Shown here in pieces: positions 12,600-24,750 of a stretch of DNA of 64,000 nt. A model generated the notes under the pieces. The model saw only the letters and a list, made by a program, of their open reading frames with translations, did not search any database and was not told the origin of the DNA. Location of the stretch: the NCBI GenBank assembly GCA_035084275.1, contig CM068769.1, positions 1,054,001-1,118,000 on the forward strand. The letters are read 5' to 3'. Position numbers and translations under genes: made by a program. This DNA is from Hydrolagus colliei. Taxonomy: Eukaryota. Numbering within the stretch: position 1 is the stretch's first letter; each line of letters begins with the position of its first letter.

Positions 12600-14620
12600 T
12601 CTTTCTCTGTCTCTCTCGTTATGTGAGAGAGACAGACGGAAAAAAAGTGTCTGAGAGATGCAGAGATGGTGGGCATGTGTGTGGGGAGGCGTACTTATGT
12701 GTGTGTGAGGCGGAGGGTGTATGGTTGCAGGTGTCTGTTAGGGATGTGGGTGTTTGTGTTGGGAGGGTGAGTAGGAGTTTGTGTGTGTGAGGGTTGTTTT
12801 TGTGGGTGGGGTAGGGGGGGTTGTGTGTGTGAGAGGGAGTTGTGTTCCTGATGTTGTGATGAGCATGTGCATGAGATAGTGTTCTGTATGTGAGGTTTGG
12901 TTGTGTGTGTGACCGGAGCTTTGTGTGTTTGAGGGTGTTGTGTGTGAAGGGGATTTTGTGCGAGATAGGGTTGTGTGTGTGGTGGGGGGGGGGTTAGATT
13001 TGTGAGTGAGGATAGTTTTGTGTGGTTTTTGTTGCCAGATGTTGTGTTGTGTGTGAAGGGGGAATGTGTGTGTGAGGGCTTGTTGTGTGCCTGAGTGGTT
13101 GTTGTCTCTGTGAGGGGAGATTTGTTTTTGAGGGTTCATGTTTGAGGGGCGTTTTGTGTTGTCAGGGAGGGGATGAGTGCCTGTAGTTGCGTTGAGTGTG
13201 TGGTGGTGGGTTGTATGTGAGGTGGGGGATTTGTGCATGATGTGGTGTTGTTTATATGAGGTGGGTTTGTGTGTGAGGGGAGTTTTGTGTATGTAAGTGG
13301 GGTTTTGTTTGAGGGGGGTGGTCTGCGAGAGTTATCTGTGTGATGGTATTGTGTGGTAGGCGTGTAGATGCTGTAGTCGTGCTGGTAAGTGGGAGATTTG
13401 TGTGTGGTAGGGAGGGTTGTATGTGTCGGGAGGGGTCTACGTGGGGAGGAGTGAGTGTGTGGAGTCTGTTGGTGGTGTGTGTGTGCAGATGGAGTGTGTG
13501 TGGGGATGTAGTGTGGGATGGGTGTACGTGTGTGTGTGGAGCGGGAATGTTTATGTAACGGGGTGGTAGGTGTGTGTGCAGGTAGTTTTACGTGAGGGTG
13601 AATACATTCTTCCTGTATGTTTGTGTTTGTATGTTATGGAGGGTGTAGTGGGGGGTGGGAGTTATGTGTGTGAGCATGTCCAATTGAGTGTCGGTGCCTA
13701 TTATTTCTGATGGTCACAGACAGAAGCCTGTGTGTGAGAGACAAATAGAAACGGACAGTGAGGTCTGAGTGCCACTCCTTCTCTCTGCATTTGTGTGCGT
13801 CTCTCTCTCTCTCCCTCTGTATGTGAGGCAGTGTATATGTCTCCCCCTCTCTCGTTTTGGGTCCTGTGTGTGTTTGAGCATGTGTGAATCTGTACGTGGG
13901 GCCTGAGAGTGCATAGATATGTATTCTTCTGTCTTTTGTGCATGTATGTATATGAGTGCATGTCCTCTCTCTCTCTCTCTGTATGTGAGGCCTGTGAGTC
14001 TATATGTATCTTCTCCTCTGTGTTTGTGTGTGTATGTTCATCTCCCCTTCTCTGTATGAGTGTGTCTCTCCACCTCTTACTCCTTACGTGTGTCTGTCTC
14101 CCCCTTTTTTTCTGTATGTGAGTATCCTGCTCTCTCTCTGTATGTGTGTGTCTCACCCTCTCTCTCTGCACGTGTGTGTTTCCTCACTCTCGCTGTATGT
14201 GTGCGTGTCTCCCCCCACACCAATCTCACCCAGTGTGTTTAAGGCCTGTGATTTTGGCTCTCTCTGTATGTGAGGCTGATAGTGTATTTGTTTGTGTGTC
14301 TTCCTCTCTCGGGTGTTTGTGTCCCAGAGACACAGATTCAGTCACAGACCGTGGGTGTCTCTCTCTCTCTGCACGAGTCTCCCTCTGTGTGTTTGTATCT
14401 CACACACACGCCGCGGTGAGATTTATTTCTCTCTCTTTCTATATATCTCAGGATACAGAAATATGTGTCTCTTCCACACATCTATAGGTCTATGTATATA
14501 TATATATGCCACATTTACTCCCTCTCCCTCCCTGTGTGCTTCAGACCGTAGATAAATCTCTCCCACCTTCTCTCCGTGTGTCTGTCGCAACCATTTTGGA
14601 CCCAAATCACGTGATACACT
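12600..14620 (+). repeat. GT-rich then CT/GT-rich low-complexity tract
   Basis: Degenerate (GT)n and (CT)n arrays. Confidence 0.85.
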
Positions 14621-14639
14621 GACGCCCTGTGTTGATGTA

Positions 14640-14820
14640 GTTCGGTTACACGTGTCACGTGATGCTGGCAGCTCCCTCCCACTCATTCATGTCACACCTT
14701 CGCGCAAAAACTCTCCAGTCACCCGCCCTCTCGTGACGTCAGCACGTCTCCTCCATTCCCCGCTGAGAGGGACAGCCGCGTTTCCCTGGTAACCAGCTAT
14801 TGACAGGAGAGGCGGGGAAT
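14640..14820 (+). promoter_or_regulatory. Likely promoter of the TRIM gene
   Basis: Two CACGTG E-boxes near 14649-14662, palindromic CRE TGACGTCA 14734-14741, X-box-like GTTTCCCTGGTAAC 14780-14793, GGCGGGG 14811-14817; locally CpG rich. Confidence 0.55.
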
Positions 14821-16289
14821 CATGCACACATATAAGAACACATATGTATAAGTTGTTCTTTAATATTGTTATTACTATTGAACTTTTGGTACAGTTATCG
14901 TTATGTTATTATACACAGTTACTATTCTATTAGAGAGTAATGAAATACTATTGCATTGCATATTATTATATGTAATTATGTTATATTGTGTTATATTATG
15001 CATTCTTGCATAATATATAATAATGACGATTATGATATCTAATTATATATATATGTATATATATATATATTCCATCCTTAGGGATGGAAATACAATAATG
15101 TATAATATTTATTAATAAAGGTCTATATAATTGTATTTCCATCCTTATTATATTTCCATCATTATATTAGCGTATAATTATTCTGTTAATAGACGACGGA
15201 CGGAAGGACGTAGGGACGGACGGACGGACCGACGGACCGACCGACGAACCGACCGTTACCTGTTAGGTTTAGTCAAATCATCATATTATTTTTTTAGTTA
15301 ATAAGTAAATCAATGTGTATAATAAGTAGAATAACATTCGAATTTATGTTGGTACTCAGAAAGCTGTAGCATTGCATAAATCAGCCATTTATGTAAAACA
15401 GAACTGAATGTACCAGTTGAAGTAAATGTGATAAGTGTGAAGGACGGAAGACAGAAAACGTGTTCATTTAAAGACATAAGTAAAGCTACTTGTTGTCTTC
15501 CCAACTGTGAGTATTCACGGGGTAAGCATGGATGCAGACAAAAACGGCCTGGGTAGAATTGGAGGTGTTTTACAATAACATATTTTAAGAAAACAGGTAT
15601 GTTTGAGAACTGCTCTGCTAATCAAGAAAGCGAGGCTGGAGATGTATAAAGAAAGGAGGGAAATAGTGGCTCATTACAACAATTGGTGAATATCTCAAGG
15701 TGGAAACCAACATTTTCAACCTACCACTATTGCCAACAACTACTGGAATTGAGAGCATCGTTCCAATTGTTCTGTTTTATAGACAGTGATGGGCCAGTTA
15801 CAGAAGCACATGCCTGGTACTACTATTCGATTAATTTTTGTAATGATTTGTAGCGTGTGTTTGGATAGGTAAGAATAAATTGAGCTTCAGAAAAAACAGT
15901 ATCATCAGGTATTGCGGAACCTAAGTAGTTAAGTTTGTTGCACCAGACTTCGTCCAACAAGTTTATAGATGAAGAATATTTCAGTATAAGAAGTGACAGA
16001 CCGGTGAACAACCTACTAGAGACTGATAGTATTGCTTTGTATTCTTCGAGTGACATACATTGTAATTTGACTCTCTGTTAAATAAACATATTTTCCCTTC
16101 GACCCACTGGTATGTCGAGTGTGATCCTTTATTTAACATAGGAACTGGCTCGTTACAAATAGCCATTTGTCCGAAAGAATGCGTCGGGTGAATCCATTGG
16201 CAAGTGTGAAGTGGAGGCATTGGAAAATCGAAAATAGAAACCAGAAAAGCAGATAGCTATGCAGGTGAAGCTGAGTGCATAGGCGGAAA

Positions 16290-16440
16290 TGGTGTATGAG
16301 ATCTTGAGAGATTATTTGCCCTGGTTAGAGAAAATAAAATCAGGCGTCAGAGTTTTAAAGTTAGGGGTCAGCTTTTTCGCACAGAGATGAGAAAAAACAT
16401 CTTCACTCAGAGAGTAGTGAATGTATGGAATTCTCTTGGG
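16290..16440 (+). mobile_element. CR1 3' fragment
   Basis: ...ttcactcagagagtagtgaatgtatggaattctct, homologous to the CR1 ORF2 end at 32600-32650. Confidence 0.7.
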
Positions 16441-17453
16441 GGTGTTGTTGCTCAGCTATCAACGGTCTGGCCTCTCTATCAAGGTCTGCTCCCTGTACCA
16501 GTAGTCTGGATTGCAGAACAGTTCTGATCTGTCTATAACAATGATTATAATACTTGCATTTGACATAGTGCATCATCGCATCTTCGGGACATATCAACGT
16601 GCTTCACAGAACATTTAGCAACAGGAATCGACTGCATATTTTGTGTTGAAAACGTGGCAGCCGATTGTGAACACCAGTGTCCCACAAACAACCATTCATC
16701 GAATGACAAGATTTCAATGCCTCCCATCCCTTCCACACACTGATGAAACTCTCACGTCACACACTGTTAAGGCCACCCTCTCTCTCACAAGTCACCAGTC
16801 CAGGAAAGACTTTGTGTATTTGTGCTTGTGTGAGTATAAGTGACAGGAGAGGCATTCAATGATGGGCCGTGGCTGTATGCGCTCGTATGTGGGTGTTTAT
16901 GTGTTTGTCACCCTCTGTTCGTGTGTTTAACTGTATATTCTGTAGCTCTCTCGCTTTCTCTTTCTCTCTTGGTGTCCTGACAGGAGTGGAAGTGAAATGG
17001 TTAATATTTGCAGTGTACGTAATTGATTGTGTGGTTGTGTGCATCTCTATCTCTCTCTGCGAGTGAATTGCATGGGGGAGGTAATGATAGAGTGAAAATG
17101 TGTATCTCCTGGTTTCTCTGTGTGTGCGTGTGTGGCTGAGTCTGTGTCTTGTTCTTTCTGAGCACACGTTATAGCGCTTAATGAAACATGTGGATGGTTA
17201 TTATTCATCACAATTCCCACGGATGGAAAATCACTGGAAGTTCGACTAGTGACTATCATGGAATGAAATGAAGAGAGTAATGTCCCTTCCGTGTGCGTGT
17301 GATCATTACATTTTTCATTGTCTCCTAGATTCACCTGATTTCATATGAGCAGACTAAAGGAGAGGGTTTGACAGTCTGACAGTGACTGGGAGCCGCCCAC
17401 ACACTTACACATAAAGTGAAACTAGGTTCAATCAGGAAGAACTGAGAGTGAAA

Positions 17454-18976
17454 ACGGCTTCTAGACTCCAGGATCAGTGTCTGACCGAAGATTAAAAATA
17501 TCCAATTTTTCTGTATTTCTTCACTGATCCTGTGATCCTGGAATGTGGCCACAACTATTGTCGCTCCTGTATCACCGGGAGCAGGAATAAACAGGAGACA
17601 AACTCCTGTGCTGTTTGTTAGGAGGTTTTTCTGGAGAGGTATCTGAGGGTTAATTGAGCCTTGGTGAGTCTATCTGGGAAAGCTCAGAAACTGAGCCTGT
17701 CCGTGATAGAAATGGAAACTAAACCGAACTGTGAGAAACACCGCGAGGAACTGAAGCTATTCTGTGAAACTGACAAGAAATTGCTGTGTACGATTTGCAG
17801 TCATGGGCGAGAACACAGAGATCACGGCTTCCTGCCAATTGAAGAAGCTGCTGAAATCTACAAGGTACTATTCACCTTCACCTGGGATTCACTCTAATTC
17901 ACTTCACATTTCCACCTTCAATCAGTTTATATTCTATGTGCTTATTCCAGGATAAAGTGAGATCCTCCTTAGTTTCTTTCACACAGAAGCAGGAAAGTGC
18001 TATACAAGCTGAATTCAAACAGAGAGAAAAGATTCCACAAGTTCAGGTAAGTTGTGCCGGCAGTGATTTCTGTGCACGTAGTGTCTCTCCTTGCTGTGTG
18101 TAGACAGAGTGATATCTCTCTTTACAGTGTCTACACAGTTTGATGGCTGATGTTTTGCAGGAACAGTTGAGCAGTTTGCAGACCCACCTGAAATTTGAAT
18201 TTGCTCAAATGCACCAGAGCCTGACTGACAGAGAGCTGCTAGTGATGCTAGACGTCTAGAGGCGAGAGATGGAGATTTTACACAAAATGGAGATAAGCCT
18301 GCGAGACATTCAGGACAATTTAGATTCAGTTAAACAAGAAATCTCAGAGTTATATAAACAGCTGAAAAAAGACACACTGACGTTTCTTCAGGTAAAGACG
18401 ATAAATTACAGTTGAGTTCAGTAGAAATTCTACACATTATGGAGCAGGTAATCATAGCCTGAATATTCAGCACCCTGGGACTTCCTCCAGAAGGGAAACG
18501 CGCTCTATAAATATCATTATGCAATTGTTGTTGTTGTTGGTACACAGATTAATGATTTACTAGTTGGTATGTACTTAGATGCATTTCTAACCACGTATAT
18601 CCACTTGGTTGTTGATGAATATCCGAACTTTTTGTCCTTTGGAGGCAATATTGAATGAGTTACGTCGTTATTGTACACTCAGTAAACTCCATTGTATAGA
18701 ATAGTATTTAGTGTTTCGGTGTTTACAATGTAGCAGCTAAGAGTGACTCAAACTTTCTGTGTTTGATTTAATTAGGAACAAACTGAACGGAAGAGAAGGT
18801 ATGAAATGTTTATTTCAATATATATCCCAGAATTTAATACAGAAATCAAACACAATGAGTAGATTCACTTTATATTGTGAACATTTCTTATTACAGGTTC
18901 CGTGACATGGACATCAAGATGTCTGTGTGTGAGAATGATCTGCCTGTGAGAGAGATCATAGACAGCATCAGCCCAG
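17454..18976 (+). pseudogene. TRIM (RING-Bbox2-coiled coil) pseudogene, TRIM39/21/27-like
   Basis: Exons 17454-17864 (411 bp coding), 17951-18046 (96), 18161-18391 (231), 18776-18798 (23), 18897-18976 (80), all GT-AG and matching the classic TRIM 96/231/23 pattern. Start is ACG, three stops and two lost Cys in the RING, TAG in the 231 bp exon; B-box CEKHREELKLFCETD...C..C...H..H intact. Confidence 0.93.
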
Positions 18977-18989
18977 GTAAATGTCTCCA

Positions 18990-20560
18990 AATTATCAACA
19001 TGAACAGCACAGCCCCAGCATAGCCAGCACACACAGACCATAGCATAGACCAGTACACACATTGCCGCCAAAACATACAGACGTCACTATACGCATATCC
19101 CCCACATAGCCTAGCTCACACACATCCCCTAGCATGGCGCAGCACACACATCTACTAGCATAGACCAGCACATACACTGCCGACAATTCACATAGACCCC
19201 ACTACACGCATAAACCCCAACATAGCCCAGCACACACAGCTCCCAGCATACACAGTGACCTCAGCACATACAGGTCCCCCAGTACACATACTGAAACCAA
19301 TACACACACATACTCCACCACCTTGGTAGACCCCAACATAGGCCAGCAAGCATAAAGCCCCCAGGGTAGCCCGGCACACACAGATACCAGAATAGCCCCG
19401 CGCACACACAGCTCCTCGCACAAACCCTAGTATAAACATAGACGCTAGCACAGAAATAACCCCAGCAAGGGGGCAGCACACACAGACCTGAACACATATT
19501 GCCTCCAGCATAGACGAGCACACACACAGTGCCCAGCCAGGCACACACTGACAGCCACAAGCATACGCACAGCAAGAAGCATACGCACAGCCGCCAGATC
19601 ATTCGCATCCCCCATCACACGCAGCCCCTTGTACAAGCACAGACCCTTGCACAGCCGAGCACACATAAAGTACCGAACATACACACAAGCGTCTACCTCG
19701 GCACAACAAGAACCACAAAGTTACATTTCCGGAGTGACTTTCACGACGAGATGATACAGCACATAGACAGCAGGGGGTGGAGGACTGTGGGGGGTGGTCA
19801 GGGCCATTGGGAAGGTGAGAAGTGTTGGCGGGTTGATGTATGTGAGGGGGCGTAAGTGCTGATAGGAGGGGCTGTTGGGCTTTTGGGCTGCGGGTGGGAG
19901 GGCTGAAGTTTAGGAGGGCAGTGGTGATGGTTGTGGGCCTATGAGTGGACTGCTGCGGGGGCTGTTGACGGCTGTGAGGGTCGGATGTGGTGTGGAATGT
20001 GGGTTTAATGGGCGTTGGTGAGGGGGATATAGGTGGGTGGCTGAGGGTCGTTGGTATCACGGATATGGGGGTGGGGGTGAGGATTGTCTGGGGTTTGAAG
20101 GCTCTATGTGTGTGTGAGAACAATGGTGATGGGGGGAGAAGCTTGGGGATGGGGGGGCTTTGGAAAGGACTGTAGGGAGCAGTGATGGGAGGGGGGGGAA
20201 GATGGCTGTTTGAGTGAGGGCTGTTGTGGAGGGCTTTTTGTCCGGTAGCGCTTTGGGTGGTGGGAAATGTTATGGGTATTGACGTGCGTGCATGATTCTG
20301 TAAGGGAGTCTAAGACTGTGAAGTGGGATTTTGGTAGGTACGTGTGGTCTGTGGGTTGAGGGTTGTGAGAGTGTAGGGCTGTAGGTGGCGATGGGCGTTG
20401 TAGGCTGAGTGGGTGTATTAAGGGCTGTGTGAACTTACGCTGTTGTCGGGACTGTTAGGTTTGTGGGGGCTGTGGGGTGATGAGTGCTAAGGATGGGGGG
20501 GGTGGTGTGTGAAGGCTGTGGCGCGTTCAGATTTGCGGGAGGGTGGGTGAAGGGGTGGTC
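18990..20560. repeat. CA-rich minisatellite-like tract (18990-19730) followed by G/T-rich tract (19780-20560)
   Basis: Degenerate cccagcatag...cagcacacaca units, then G-run rich sequence. Confidence 0.8.
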
Positions 20561-22657
20561 TCATAAGAGACTGTATGAAATATATGCAGCATGAATTTAA
20601 ACAGATGTTGTCAAAGATTGAGTTGAGTATTAAGGTTACCTCCAGCCCCTAGTTGAACACTATTGTTGATTCTCACAAAGAGCAGCGTGGGTTAGGGCAG
20701 GAGGTGTGGAGAAGAGGGTGAATTAGAAAGCGTATCTGACTCTTGAGATGACAATGCCGTAATTTTCTCACTCCCATTAATGAGTGCCTATAATATACAT
20801 GGAAAAGACAGCGAGATTTTACATTGTCATTGCAGGGATATTGAAAGTTATGGTGTGAGAATATAATATTGTATGTGACAGTGTAAGAAAAGCGTAAATA
20901 CAGACATTTGGATATAAGAATAGATTTTGATAGGTTTATTTATATTTCCTGATAGACCAGATCTTTCAAAAAGTGCCAGTGAGTTTGATGGTTTGCTCTC
21001 TTTTCCTTGGACTTGCTGTTTTGGTGCTGAATGGTCTTATTGGATACGGTGTCAAACAGAACCGAGAGATCATAGGTACGTACCCCTTAATAACATCTCA
21101 TCATCACCTTTCACAGAACACTTTTTGTTTTCATCTAAACACTACATTTTTATACATTTGGCTACAGCATAGACGGTAAATGTGTATGTTAATGTGTGGG
21201 TCAGAAGCTGATCTAATAACATTCTAATTCATTTCAAAGTCTGTAAAAATATATTGAGGATACGTTGGTAGGAATAAACCTTTCCCCTGATACATTACAA
21301 TAAAAATAATAACAGTCCTTTTTGCACTGCACCTTATCATAACTTCTAGACTGTATGTCAAAGGGATTCACGGAATATGCTGTAATGGGAATTGATTGTA
21401 TATTTTGTTCGCGAATCTCACGATTGTAAAATCAATTAACTTTACAGTGTATTCTGTGAAGCGCTTTGACTCACACACAAGAAGCTGTGAAAAGCTCTAT
21501 AGCGAATGCAAGCATTGTTGTAATTTTTCATTAGCAACAGAAAATTCATTCACCAGTGCATTAGCAACCAAATTCTTAGTTAATCTTAAATACACAGCGG
21601 CGTGTGGAGGAAAGCAAACTTGCCAACAGTTGTCCCCTCACAGGATTCAAGGTCACATCTCTGTTTGCAATACGAGTGCTCTAACCTCTAACCTACATGC
21701 TTCTATATATAGCTAAGACAATATATATGTATATAGCTGATGCATCTGTCTGTATCTTTCGCTACGTATCTCATTCTATGTACTGGAAGCCAATTGTAAA
21801 CTGATGTAAATGCAGAAAATATTGACATTTATAAACCCAAAGAATGTGAATGTCAATATTTGAATATCAGTGAATTGTCGAGTTACACGTTTGTAGTTTA
21901 TCAAGTTGTTCAAATTGTAGACTTGTGACTTATCCAACATCATAAAACATTATCAGTATTCTTTCGCAACTGTACAGTTATAACAAATTTGCGTAGTAAC
22001 TGTTTTATTTTTTGTTCACTAGTGTGAAATTGTAAAATTTAGCCATTTATGCCTAGATGTAACTTCTATACTTTTACACCACTAACAAAATGAAAAAGAC
22101 ACGTGTTGGGGAACGCAGACTGGCACAAAGCCAGTCGCATCCTTATCTAAGTATTTCACAGGGCAGGGAACGGTAACTCCTGCAAACCTTGAAGAAACTG
22201 AGACGTTGTTAATTCTTGTAAAGTAACTTTAGAAATATATCTTGTGTGATTTAGACTACAACATTCATCAAGCACATACCATGTGGCAATTAGATTTTCT
22301 TAACCCTTAGCGGACAAATGCTCAGCAAGTGAAGAACTAATCAGTAGACAACATTTAACCTTGCTAGCGAGACATGGAGTGATTGATGTCACTATTCGAA
22401 TAGTTGTCGGAGCCATGCGATTGATAATATTTGTGTAACTGCCTTTGTGTGTACTGCAAACCCCTGTATAAAAAGGCTGCATTACTGATCACTGAAGCTC
22501 ATTCTTTTTACTGTCAGGTACTCTACTTGGAGACTGTTGACTTCTGAGAATCAGCTTTAGCTGCAGCAAATAAACTTTACATTTTCTTATCCACGGTTTA
22601 TGGTCTGTTTGTAAGACAATGGTTCTGGGAACGAACAAAAAATTACAACTTCACATT

Positions 22658-22675
22658 TGGCGCTGCGAGCAGGGT
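22658..22675 (+). promoter_or_regulatory. Primer-binding site, tRNA-Ser (CGA/UGA type)
   Basis: TGGCGCTGCGAGCAGGGT two bases after the LTR end; complements a vertebrate tRNA-Ser 3' end from memory. Confidence 0.7.
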
Positions 22676-23073
22676 CACAAAACTTTACATCAAGGAACGA
22701 GTAGTCGAATAAGAGGTCGAACAGTTGTTGGGAGCAGCATCCGAGAAACAGGCCAACAAGGTGAGATAAAATATCTCTAGAACTTTGGATTCTCACACGT
22801 TGTTTTCAACAAATGTGACCCACGACTATCGAACCTGAGTAACTGTTGACGAGATCCAATAAAAGAACCGTTACGATACATCCGTTGGAGAAGAAAATAT
22901 AATGGAAGGCGTTACAAAAATCTAAATTTGTGTTTTTTTTTAAATGTGTAGGTATAATTTAAAATGTGTAGGTATAACTCCAACACCGATTGGAGTTCAT
23001 TGGAACCCACTGTGAGGTTGGAGCTCATTATACGAGGTGTAATTGGAATTCACCGAAGGGTTGGAGCTCATTA

Positions 23074-23768
23074 TGTGAAGTTGTAAGTTTTTTACTCGTT
23101 CCCAGAATCGTTGTCTTACAAACAGACCTTACACCGTGGATAAGAAAATGTAAAATTTATTTGCTATACCAAGAGCTGATTCTCAGAAGTCAACAGTCTC
23201 CAAGTAGAGTACCTGACAGTCAAAAGAATGAGCTGGTGGTGGTCAGTTCATGCAGCCTTTTTATAACCAAAAAGGCAGGGGTTTGCAATACACACAAAGA
23301 CAGTTACAAAAGTATTACCAATCACAGGGTTCCAACAACTATACGAATGGTGACATCACTCAATCCATGTCTCTCTGACAAGGTTAAATGTTATCTATTG
23401 ATTAGTTCTTCACATATCAAGCATATGTCGGCTATGGGTTAGAAAAATATAATATAAATGAATCCCAGTTTGGAACGTTTCAGGCAAAAATAAGCTTATC
23501 TCTAGATGGTGTCTAGTTTAGACAATGTCACAGTTTCTTCAAGGTTTGCAGGAGTTACTGTTCCCTGTCCTGTAAAATGCTTAGATAAGGAAGCGACTGG
23601 CTTTGTGCCAATGTGCATTTCCCAGTACCTGTCTTTTTCATTTTGTTAGTGGGCCAAAAGCACAGAAATTACATCTAGGGATAAAATGGCTAATTTCATA
23701 TTTTGTTAGTGGGTTAAAAGCACAGAAGTTACATCTAGGTATAAATGGCTAAATTTTACAATTTCACA
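23074..23768 (-). mobile_element. Inverted solo LTR of family A nested in the element leader
   Basis: Reverse-complement copy of the LTR with 4 bp TSD ATTA (23070-23073 and 23769-23772) and an internal ~60 bp duplication at about 23640-23760. Confidence 0.9.
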
Positions 23769-24471
23769 ATTACACAAGGTGTGTAATTGGAGCCGCCGGT
23801 TGGAGTTCAATATAAAACGTGGAGTACGTACGCGCTCACCGTAAGAGAAACTAACATGCTGGTAGTTTTGAACGGATGTAGCACAGAAACACAGCGAAAT
23901 TTGGTAATCGCTAGACAAGCTAACCCATTACGCATTGGAGCTCATCGCCAAATTACCCACTATGTTTTCGTAGTGGTTGCTGTAGGTTTGAACGGTTGGT
24001 AGCTCATGTTGATAGTAATGGTGCTTGTAGTTTCGAACGATTCAATTTATTTGGGTAATGAATGGCGTTCTTCCAGCATCAGCAATTTATTGTGATTTGT
24101 TACTTGTCGTATCGGGTGTTGTGGTTGTCTGTGTGTCTGGTCGGTCTGTCTGGTCGGTCTGTTCTGTTTGTCTTGTATGTCTGTCTGGTCTGTCCTGTCG
24201 GTCTGGTCTGTCCTTTCTGTCTGTCTGGTTTGTCTGCAAGTCTGCCTATATTTTTATGTAGGGAAATACAAGTTTTTATTTCGGGAAATACAAGTTTTTG
24301 TGTCCAGAATTGAAGAAAGGCCTATTTGTGTTTTAGTGTGATTCATGAAAAAAAGACATGTGATTTGTTATTTGTTGTATCATGTGTTATAATTTGTGTA
24401 ATTCGTGTGAAGTAATACAAACCCAATAATTATTTATTCTAAATTATAAGGATACACCGGTGTAACATAAA

Positions 24472-24750
24472 ATGGGTACAATACTTCACAAACCAAATGG
24501 CCCAAAGGATCCAGTCCAAATTATGTGCAAATTATTCCCTGAATATGAGCCAAAATTTAGATTACTATCTGTGCAAGGTAACAGACAATTACGCAGGTCC
24601 ATTCGTAGACCCATTATCGAACAGAACGAGGTTCACTTTATAAAAAAACTAACTGATAAACCACATGGGAGTCGCACTCCTAAACAACATCACGATAGCG
24701 CGCTGCATGCACATATTTACAATATAAGTTATTTAGAGGCCGGGCATTAA
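24472..24750 (+). pseudogene. gag matrix N-terminal remnant (element A)
   Basis: MGTILHKPNGPKDPVQIMCKLFPEYEPKFRLLS aligns with MGNIVDKTEGPCPLTSMCKMLPENQKELRLAS at 38860; MG start after PBS and leader. Confidence 0.55.

Noticed and set aside
10122-14171. Long His/Thr/Pro- or Val/Cys-rich ORFs (10122-10742, 12738-13238, 13701-14171)
   Set aside because: Translations of (GT)n/(CT)n low-complexity DNA with no domain signal.
15823-16220. ORFs with an NYLGS motif suggestive of a LINE RT
   Set aside because: Single short motif with no other RT blocks.
19188-20123. Overlapping ORFs up to 174 aa
   Set aside because: Products of CA- and G-rich repeats.
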